Of a DNA stretch of 64,000 nucleotides, positions 11,956-21,965 are shown in pieces. Origin of the DNA: Scyliorhinus canicula (lineage: Eukaryota); the NCBI RefSeq assembly GCF_902713615.1, contig NC_052149.1, positions 152,745,383 through 152,809,382 of the forward strand, in the 5' to 3' direction. The notes beneath the pieces are model-generated. The model was not told the origin of the DNA. It worked only from the letters and a program-made list of their open reading frames with translations, and searched no databases. A program made the position numbers and the translations under genes. Each line of letters begins with the position of its first letter. Positions within the stretch are counted from its first letter, which is position 1.

Positions 11956-12312
11956 GGTTTCCAGATCCCCAAAGGATGGAGTGTGATGTACAGCATCCAA
12001 GACACACATGACACCGCCCCTATATTTCAACATCCCGAAATATTCAATCCAGACAGATTTGCTGAAGATCAAATGAAAGGCAAGGATGCACGCTTTCAGT
12101 ACCTGCCATTCGGCGGGGGAGTTAGACGCTGCCTTGGCAAAGAGCTCGCCAAGCTCACCCTCAAAATCCTTGCCATCGAGCTGGCCACAATCAGTCATTG
12201 GGAACTAGCTACCAAAACTTTCCCCAAGATGCTGATGGTGCCAGTTGTTCACCCAGCTGATGGACTGAAAGTACAGTTTTCTGCTCAACTTTGTAATGAG
12301 TGGCACAGCTGA
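11956..12312 (+). CDS. CYP26-family P450, terminal coding exon (heme-binding)
   Basis: Acceptor ttttgtttctgacag. Encodes [19 protein letters not shown] (PERF motif) and [11 protein letters not shown] (heme Cys). Stop TGA at 12310-12312. Confidence 0.95.
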   Translation, partial: GFQIPKGWSVMYSIQDTHDTAPIFQHPEIFNPDRFAEDQMKGKDARFQYLPFGGGVRRCLGKELAKLTLKILAIELATISHWELATKTFPKMLMVPVVHPADGLKVQFSAQLCNEWHS

Positions 12313-13011
12313 GGTGAGTTGGGAATAGACAAACTCACGATCAAAGTGGAGAAATATTTATCTTATGGTGTGATTGATAATTTATAACCCAATAATATGA
12401 TACTTAATTCACTGTTACTTTAATGCTTCAATTTGCTATAAACATTTTTCAATTCCAGTCAGACTCACAGATGTTGAATTGATTGATTCAGAGCGCATTA
12501 TTGATGATCTGCTGCTCATGCAATATTGTGCCATGGATTACACTAATTCATGGAATTAATATGACAAAGTTATTAAACACTTATAATTGTGGGGGAGAAA
12601 AAGTTTTTCCTGGGACCCAGTGTCAACATTGAGCACTTCCTGATCAGAAATAGCCCAAGTTAAATGCAGAGTACGCTTTCTTAAGTATGTGTGTTAACAC
12701 ATTCCTAAGAGTACCCAATTGAACTGAGTGATTTATTTTGTCATCGGCCAGCTTCACAAAGTGAAAATGTTAATTTTATACCTAATTATGAGCAGATTTG
12801 AGCTGTAGATTTTGAGTCTCACACTTATGAACTGTGTTGAGATATTCCAAATTGATTCCAGGTCAGAGCCTGGCAACCAATTGAGAAAAGCAATCTTTAT
12901 CTCATTCGGTTAGGTTGGATCCACCATCCTGCCGAACAGTTCATTCTTTTACATGAACTGCTTCATGCCCTCACCATGAGCAATGCAGCATTTGTCTTGA
13001 TCAGTGGAGTT

Positions 13012-13672
13012 AATGAGCATAGAACAGTACAGCACAGAACAGGCCATTAGGCCCTCGATGTTGTGCCGAGCATTGTCCCAAAACAAGATCAAGCTATCCC
13101 ACTCCCGGATTTTCTGGTGTGCTCCATGTGCCTATCCAATAACCGCTTGAAAGTTCCTAAAGTGTCCGACTCCACTATCACAGCAGGCAGTCCATTCCAC
13201 ACCCTTACCACTCTGAGTAAAGAACCTACCTCGGATATCCCTCCTACATCTCCCACCCTGAATCTTATAGTTATGCCCCCTTGTAACAGCTACATCCACC
13301 TGAGGAAATAGTCTCTGAACGTCCACTCTATCTATCCCCCTCATCATCTTATAAACCTCTATTAAGTCACCTCTCATCCTCCTCCGCTCCAAAGGGAAAA
13401 AGCCCTAGCTCCCTCAACCTTTCCTCATAAGACCTATCCTGCAAACCAGGCAGCATCCTGGTAAATCGCCTTTGCACCCTTTCCAATGCTTCCACATCCT
13501 TCCTATAATGAGGTGACCAGAACTGCACACAATACTCCAAATGTGGACTCACCAGGGTCATGTATAGTTGCAGCATAACCCCACGGCTCTTAAACTCAAG
13601 CCCCTTGTGAATAAATGCTAACACACTATAAGCCTTCTTTACGGCTCTATCCACTTGAGTGGCAACCTTCAG
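13012..13672 (-). mobile_element. CR1 LINE 3' fragment, antisense to and downstream of the CYP26 stop codon
   Basis: ORF 13367-13654 has LVSPHLEYCVQFWSPHYRKDV; CR1-type tail at 13012-13070. Confidence 0.88.
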
Positions 13673-14751
13673 CGATCTTAGTCAAGCTGCAGGAAGAATT
13701 TAACATGATTGAAACTTTGCTTCAACTCGCATTGCAAAGTTGAATGAGCATTGTACTATCGTGGCTGTGTCTGTCTCCTTTCACTACACTGGTGAATGTC
13801 CGATGTGTTTCATGCAGGAAACTTACAGAACTGTGCTTGAACATTTCATTTGGCACTTGTAAAGTAGTATGGTTTAATAAATGTTCAGTTGTATAAGATT
13901 ATTAATATTTGATTATGCAAAGTACTTGCATTGCCTGTGGCAGACAGATGTTATCTGTTGGTGTGTCTTTGAATAGATTGCCTACGTTTAACTATTTTGA
14001 ATGCTAATTTATTTATGTAACCTTAAAAAGTTTAAACATTTTTTTATGTACAAGATTCTTGTTTCATTACTTGAGTATAGAGTATTTAACTGTATGAAAT
14101 TGAAATAAAAACGAGACAATGTTGAGAGACAAAATGCATTTTCCATGTTTAGCTCCCTTTCCCTCGGGTCCACACCACCAAAATCTGTGTGGATTATCTT
14201 CATCACTGCCTGAGCTGGGGTAACGCCTGCTCGTCCTGTTTGTTAATATTGGAGCAGAAAGCTCAAAGGTCTTCCTCATCCAGTAAACACAGTAACAAAA
14301 AATGCCAAAAGAATTATCATCCTTTAAGAAACATTGATAAAGTTTAGTCAAAAGTCAATATAGAAATTATCCAGATAATGCATTCTTTTCATTTTCTACT
14401 CAGTAGACACATGGTTACAGGTGAATCAATAGAAAATCACCAGCAATAATATTTCCCCAGCTTGACAGAAAGCATATCCACAACATACCCTGTATGTACA
14501 ATACTTTGTGTATCCTCATGCATCCTCATATATCTGTAATACCCCCATATTCCTTCCATACTCTTCATGTACTCTTGTACACCCTCCGTCCACATTTGGA
14601 CCCCTATAAACCTTGTACGTACACTTTGGACTACAACAGCCTTCATGTACTTCATACACCCAGCCCTTCCTTGCATTGCCTTCATGTAACTGATATACCC
14701 TTGTACTCCATCATTCCATCTGTTGAGACACACTCATTCACCCAGTACATC

Positions 14752-17700
14752 ACCTCAGAGCCCCCAATGGGGGAGTCCGGGATGAAACGGTTCCTTGATG
14801 GACTGGATATTCCAGTGTGGGAGAGGGCAGAAAAAAGGGGCCTGGAAGCACCACTAGCACTGGGAGAGATCATGGACAGCATTAGCTCCATGCAGACGGG
14901 GAAGGCGCCGGGACCAGACGGGTTCCCGGCGGACTTCTACAGAAAATTTGCGACAGCATTGGCCCCGCTCCTGCGGGAGATGTTCACAGACTCGCTAGCT
15001 AGGGGCACACTGCCACCCACACTAGCATAGGCCTCAATCTCGCTGAAACCTATCAAAGATAAAGACCCAACGGAATGTGGGTCATACAGACCCATCTCAC
15101 TGCTGAACGCAGATGCCAAATACTGGCCAAAATCCTAGCCAAAAGGCTAGAAGACTGTGTACCTGTGGCGATCGCAGAGGACCAGGGTTCTGTCAAAGAT
15201 AGACAGCTTACCTCGAACATTAGGCACCTGCTGAACGTGAACTTGACCCCCTCCGGAGAGAGAACACCAGAAGTGATTGTCTCCCGAGACGCAGAAAAGG
15301 CCTTCGACAAAGTTGAATGGAAATACCTCCTAGAGGTACTGGAGCGGTTTGGGCTTGGAACAGGGTTCACCGCTTAGGTAAAGCTCCGATACAACACTCC
15401 CATGGCGAGTGTACGGACCAACAATACCAACTCCCAATACTTCCAGCTGCACAGGGGCACCAGACAAGGATGCCCACTGTCCCCGCTGCTGTTCGCTCTA
15501 GCAATCGAACCACTAGCAATCGCGCTCAGAGCAGCAGAAAGCTGGAGGGGGATCCGAAGGGGAGGCAGAGAGCACAGAGTCTCACTCTATGCAGATGATC
15601 TGCTCCTCTACATCTCGGACCCACAAAGCAGCATGGACGGAATCATCGCGCTCCTGAAAGAGTTTGGAGCCTTCTCGGGCTACAAACTCAACATGAGCAA
15701 AAGCGAGATCTTCCCAGTACACCCACAAAGTAGGGGGGGGGGGGGGGCAGCACTAACGGGACTGCTGTTTAAACAAGCCCGACACAAATTCTGCTATCTG
15801 GGGATCCAAATAGCCCATGACTGGAAAGGGATCCACAAATAGAACCTCACCAGTCTGACGAAGGAAGTAAAAAAGGACCTGCAAAGATGGACCACACTCC
15901 CACTCTTCCTCGCGGGGAAAGTCCAGACGATCAAAATGAACGTACTGCCCAGGTACCTCTTCCTACTTAGATCCATTCCGATCTACATCCCCAAGGCCTT
16001 TCTCAAAGCGCTGGACAAACTGATCATGGCGTTCGTATGGGGGGTGGAAACATGCTAGGATCCCAAAGAAGGTCCTACAAAAAACAAAATCCAGGGGGGG
16101 CTAGCCCTCCCGAATCTACAATTCTACCACTGGGCAGCAACAGCCGAGCGAATAAGGGGATGGATCAAGGAGCCAGAAGCTGAGTGGGTGCACGCGGAAG
16201 AGGCCTCCTGCACGGGGACCTCCCTCCGGGCCCTCTCCACGGCAGCACTCCCACCCCCACCCAAAAAACACTCCAGCAGCCTGGTGGTGATAGCCACCCT
16301 CCAGTCCTGGAACCAACTATGGCAGCAATTTGGCCTGACCAAAATGCCAGACAAAGCTCCCATCTGCAACAACCATAGGTTCACACCAGCGATGACTGAC
16401 GCCACCTTCAAAAGGTGGGGGCAGGATGGAGGGACACTGACAGTCAGGGACCTATACACGGATGGCAGGATTGCAACATTGGATGAACTGACAGAGAAAT
16501 TCCAGCTAGCCAGGGGGAACAAGCTAAGGTATCTACAGCTCAAAAACTTCCTACGCAAGGAGACAAAGACGTACCCACAAACGCCACGACAGACACTACT
16601 GGAAGAACTACTGGACTCAAGCATATTAGATAAAGGAAACTGTAGTGACATGTATGACCAACTGGTAGAAAGGGCTGACACCGTACTGGACGCAACAAGA
16701 AAGAAATGGGAGGAGGACCTGGGGATTGAGATAGGTTGGGGACTCTGGAGCGAAGCATTGCATAGGGTCAACTCCACCTCCACGTGCGCAAGGCTCAGCC
16801 TGACGCAGCTAAAAGTGGTACATAGAGCCCACTTAACAAGAACCTATATGAGTAGGTTTTTCCCGGAGGTGGAGGATAGATGTGAACGGTGCCAAGGAGG
16901 CCCGGCCAACCACGCCCACATGTTCTTATCTTGCCCCAGACTTTGAGGCAATGTCCAAAATGGTGGGGGTGAGGGTGGAGCCATGCCTGAAAGTGGCGGT
17001 CTTCGGGCTTTCAGACCAGCCAGATCTATTCCTGGGGAGGAGGCCGGACGCCCTTGCCTTTGCCTCCCTGATCGCCCGCTGTAGAATCCTGTTTGGCTGG
17101 CGGTCAGCAGCACCGCCCAGAGCTGCAGACTGGCTGTCCGACCTCTGGGAATCTCTCCAAATGGAGAAAATCAAATTCGCCATCCGAGGATCAGACGACG
17201 GCTTCCACAGAACGTGGGAGCCATTCACCCAATTGTTCCGGGACCTGTTTGTGGCCAACAAACAAGAGGAGGAATAGCCAGGTAGCCAAGAATCAGGGGA
17301 AAGTAGCCAAAGCATGAGAGGGAGAGATAGACCGGGAGGGAGAGGTGGGGGGGGGGGGGGGTGGGGGTGGGGGGGAAGGGGGGGGGGAAAGTGGGGGGGG
17401 GGGGGGGAACAGCTAAACCTAAGAGGAAAGAAAGGTGAATCACAGGAGGGTGGGGGGAGGGGGGGGGGGGGAGAGGGAAGAGATAGGGAACAAGAGAGAA
17501 GAACCAGGGAGGTGGGGGGGAGGCAGGGAAATGAGAGCCGGAAAGGAGGCATGGGATACAATAACGAACATGGCATCTCCAGGAGTAGGGAACGAGGAAA
17601 ATGAAGACGAAAGACGGGAGGAACGGCAGAAGCGGAGGTGAGCGCGAGACGGCAGCGAGATCCATCCAGGAGAAACAAGCGACACCAACACCAAACCCAT

Positions 17701-18049
17701 TCGAGTATTGCCCACTGTAATTGTTTCTCCGGCACCCGAATGTATATTCACCTCCCAGTGTCCACCGCCCTCCCTCCCCTTCCCCCCCAACAGTCGCCCA
17801 CTTATTTGTGGTAAATAATTTTGCCAGGTGTACAGAGTTGCTGCTGTTGAGCTGGTGCACAATACCTTACCAGTTATTCTATTTTATTTTTTATTGTATT
17901 TTTTTTTTTCTTTGGTATGTTTGGGTGTGCCCTTCTCTTCTATATATGGGTGTGTATATAATATACATATATATGTCTCTTCCCCTGTGTACATAATGGT
18001 AAATATACTTTGTTCAAAAACCCAATAAAAAACATTTATTTTTTTAAAA
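14752..18049 (+). mobile_element. 5'-truncated L1-clade LINE with a 16-bp TSD (ATTCACCCAGTACATC at 14736-14751 and 18050-18065)
   Basis: RT motifs GKAPGPDGFPADFY, DAEKAFDKVEW, GTRQGCPLSPLLF and YADDLL, plus a C-terminal CERC...H motif. G-rich 3' UTR with AATAAA and an A-tail. Contains stops and frameshifts. Confidence 0.93.
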
Positions 18050-18599
18050 ATTCACCCAGTACATCCATTATTTAGCTTCCTTACATCCTCTAAATCTTTG
18101 CACACTCGCCACAGTCTCTGTCGATCCTCAAGCATCGGCCATACTCCATATAGTCACTCATACAGCCCCCAAGTACCCCATATACACTTTTAAAATTTTC
18201 ATTTATGGGATGTGGGTGTCGCTGGCTGAGATAGTATTTGTTGCCCTTCCCTAGATGTCCTTTAACTGAGTGGTTTGTTAGGCCATTTCAGATGGCATTA
18301 AAAAGTCAACCATATTGCTGTGCATCTGGAGTCACATGTAGGCCAGACCAGGTAAGGACAGTAGATTTCCTTCCCTCAAGGACATTAGTGAACCAGATGG
18401 GGTTTTTTACAACAAACAACAATGGTTTACATGGTCATCATTAGACTTTGATTTCCAGATTTGTATTGAATTCAAATTTAGCCATCTGCCATGGTGGGAC
18501 TTGAACCTGGGTCCCCAGAGCAAATTCCCTGGGTCTCTGGATTACTAGTCGAGTGACAAGGACACTATGCCACTGCTTTTGTGTCTCAGTCTGCTCCGG

Positions 18600-20270
18600 G
18601 TGACAATCTCTTTATTTCAAATTGTTTGTCCTCAATGCACCTCCCACATGGGCGCTGATGGGGGCGTTGACACTGCTTGAACACTCCAGGAGGCAGCATC
18701 AGAGATGCAGCGGCCAACATTCAATCACCCAGGGGATGGGCCCCAGCCCCGGGCACATGTCCATGGCCAGGGCATGTTGGGTGGGGGCTTGGGAGGGGGG
18801 GGGGGGGGGGGGGGGGGGTATTTTAATGTTCCTTGAGCAAGTGTACACCACTGCCCTACTCTCCCAATATTGCAGCCCCACTATCTCTACCTTCCCCCCA
18901 AATGCCCCCAACCCCTCCCACTCCACTCCCGCCCTCCATGCATACTCTACTCCCTAACCCCCACCTACCCCAGCACCCCCTCTCCCAGTACCCTGTCAGT
19001 GATCCTCGATGTGCTTGGCCTTTCTTGCTCTGCCGCTATGTCTAGGTGTACCCCCAGGATATACATCAGAAGCTGAGCCAGCTGCTTAGCTCGACCCTTG
19101 GCCTTCGATGTACCTGGCAGGTGTCCTCTGGAGGCTCTGGGTGCACTTGACGGAGACACATGCACAGGCGTGCCACCTTGTTCCGGGTGCTGACTGCGAG
19201 ATGCGACCTCAGTAGAGGGGTGGATCTCGGGGGAGCTGGTGCCCACTGTTGCCAGTCCATAGACTTGTTCCTATATGCCACCCTGTGCCCACTCCTTCGC
19301 TCAATGCCCATAGGGCCCTGGGGTTTGCCTCGGGACGAAGGGACGGATGGATTGAGCCCGGCTGCCCCTGCGGCATCAGGCTCTGCCAGCCCTGAAGGCT
19401 CCTCAATGTCTGCACCCTCGGTGATGCTCCTCAGTGATTGGGCCATGTTCTGCAGCGCCTCGGAAATGCCCACCTGTGATGGGCAAGCTCCGCAGAGCCT
19501 CAGCTATTCCCTCAGCGCTTTGTCAATGTTAGACTAGTACCGGGTCACATCTCCAGTGAGTCGGACAGTCTACCGAGACCCTCAACCATGGCCATCATCG
19601 ACAGCACATGCCTTGGACTCCCTTACTCATGCTGCTGTCATCGTGCACCAGACTCTCTACTGTGTTCGCCACCCTAGCAGTGTTGGCCTCAGTGCCACAG
19701 ATTACCGGCGCCATCTCCTGCGCCTGTAGCCTCTGGGACTCCACCAATCGGCTGGAGTGTCACTGGCATCTCCCTGTGAATGTCCCAAACAGTGACATTC
19801 CCTGTGAGTGTCACTCCCTAACATTCCATTATCTCCGGGATAGCATGTTCCATCGGCTCAGCATCTGGCTGGAACACAGCTGGGACCTGGGATCCAGCAA
19901 CTTTCTAACTGCTGTCTCGATTGGGGGTTCCTGCCTCCACCCACAATGCATCAGCGGCTGTGTAGTGCTCACCAGATTGCGCCCCAGAATCATATCCACT
20001 AATGTTGCCCACCAAGGTGCGTGTCTCTGCGCTGGTGGAGATAGGGATGACAGCTGTGCCACATCGATTGTGGCATCCTCGGAGGTCTCCTCCAAGGTGG
20101 TCTCATGGGAGGCAGGGAGCCGCCATCGGCTAGAGGGCCTGCGGGAGAATGAACACGTGGTAAATCGGGGAGGGGGGGGACACGTGGTAAATAGGGGGGG
20201 TGGAATAAGTTAATCTGTATGGCATTAACTTCTCACGTTTGACAGGTCCTTTGGGTGGGGCCCGGTGGAT
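18600..20270 (-). mobile_element. Second decayed Harbinger accessory (Myb-like) gene segment
   Basis: AQSLRSITEG resembles ASLQSVAQSQRAMAEG of the 56400-58800 copy. The AC/GTGAGA donor at about 20235 matches the exon ends in the other copies. Confidence 0.55.
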
Positions 20271-20549
20271 CCTATCCTATGCAACACAATTTTACCTGAA
20301 ATCATTTTAAATACATGTATTATTATAAAACTCTACGGGGCGCTATGACATTCAGGCATGCATTACAAAATTGAAAACTGGAACCTCTATCTATCCTCAA
20401 TAGACTATCCTCACTCAAACAATCCAAAAATAATCTATAACATCTTAAACTGTACAAATAGCAGCACACAAATTTCTCTGGCTTGGCAGTCAACCACAGA
20501 GTTTACATTTCTTTATTGAACGAAACACACAGAAAAAAACGGATGCACT

Positions 20550-20902
20550 TTAATTCATGTCAAGGGGTTCGGGGGTTTGGTGAAGTCCGAAAATAGGGGA
20601 CTTAAACGTGTATAAAGGGGTGCGAGAGCAGTGGGCTCTCAGTCGCCATTTCCTGATTCTAAGTGTCTGCACGACACTGCAAAGTATCGCCAGTACTAAG
20701 AGGGCTTCTACTACGTATGACAGTGAATACCAGGTGATAAACTTATCACACCAGGTCGGGGTATTGTTAACTTCGGGGTTCTGTGTATTGCAGGGGTGGG
20801 AATCATTGACGGCTTGTGTGGTAGGGGTCAGGGGGTAGCGTCCGCGTGCAATTGAAGGGATCCCGCTAAGATCCAGGTGAAGAAGATGGAGGTCGCCTTC
20901 AT
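20550..20902 (-). pseudogene. Putative small type-I membrane glycoprotein at the env position (117 aa after repairing one homopolymer frameshift)
   Basis: MKATSIFFTWILAGSLQLHA looks like a signal peptide. One extra C in the run at 20831-20835 joins it to a region with NDS and NNT sequons, a TM segment (YVVEALLVLAILCSVV) and a basic RIRKWRLR stretch. Confidence 0.6.
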
Positions 20903-21416
20903 CTTTCCTGTTGTCGGTCTTCTTCTTTCTCTTCCTCTGGGTTCCTGAGTTTCCGGAGTTCTGTGAACACAAGCATAATATCTGTTATTATCTTGCTTAA
21001 GATCTCATATGTCTGTCTGTCTGTTCTTTATTGCCAATTACCCTTTATAATTGGTCACCATCTGTGACTCCATCTTTTTTTTTTAAAGCCGAATATCTGG
21101 ACAAGACATCCTAGAAAAATACTGACACAGTGCGAGCTGTCTCGCAGCCTGTGCGATTTACCATCCCAGTGTTTGAGGATGTAAATAGCATATGGAGAGC
21201 AACGTAAGGGTCGCCATAAACAAACAAAAGAGTTTTGAACCAGAAGTTCCGAATGGGGTGCGTATGGGGTGCGGGTAAGAAATGGATGGAATCTCCGGGT
21301 AGGACGGTGATCAGTGCCGTTTGTTCTCTACCCGAGCATAGCTGACCAGGGGGCAGGTCCTCAGGCAGGACGGAGACCAGTGCCATTTCTCCACTGCCTG
21401 AGCAACCGGCAAACCA

Positions 21417-21624
21417 GGGGCTGGTTTAGCACACAGGGGCTGGTTTGGCACACTGGGCTAAATAGCTGGCTTTTAAAGCAGACCAAGGCAGGCCAGCAGC
21501 ACGGCATAATTACCGTACCAGCCTCCCAAACAGGCGCCGGAATGTGGCGACTAGGGGCTTTTCACAGTAACTTCATTGAAGCCTACTCGTGACAATAAGC
21601 GATTTTAATTTTCATTTCATTTTC
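21417..21624 (+). mobile_element. Short tRNA-SINE with a duplicated head, inserted in the retrovirus-like element
   Basis: Same family as 6511-6690; GGGGCTGGTTT occurs twice at the start. Confidence 0.85.
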
Positions 21625-21965
21625 AAGAACGGGTAAGAATGTGGTCGTCGTGGGGGTTGTCGTTATGCATCGCCTGCCTCGAAGCAGAAGAGCAGTTATG
21701 AGCTGTTGTCTGTGGGCAAAAGTTTACCTCTAAATGGGTTTCTGTTGACAAACTAGTCCTAATGGTTGTCTGTGGACAAACTTGTTCCATTAACTGCCGG
21801 GGGCATTAAAGGAGTGGTGGCGTGGGGCCGTGAAAAACGTGCAAAATCACAATCAACACTTAACATTAACACTAACGAACAAACATACAACAAACATGGT
21901 GCAGGTTCCATCACAAAGGACACCGTATCTCTCCATCGGTTCCTTTTTACCATCGTCTGGACACC

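Noticed and set aside
17225-17862. Pro-rich, Gly-rich and Arg-rich ORFs
   Set aside because: These are the G-rich L1 3' UTR read in several frames.
21759-21953. 64-aa ORF with a hydrophobic stretch just after pol, as an env remnant
   Set aside because: It is short, has no supporting splice acceptor, TM anchor or fusion-protein motif, and T-rich sequence readily gives hydrophobic runs.
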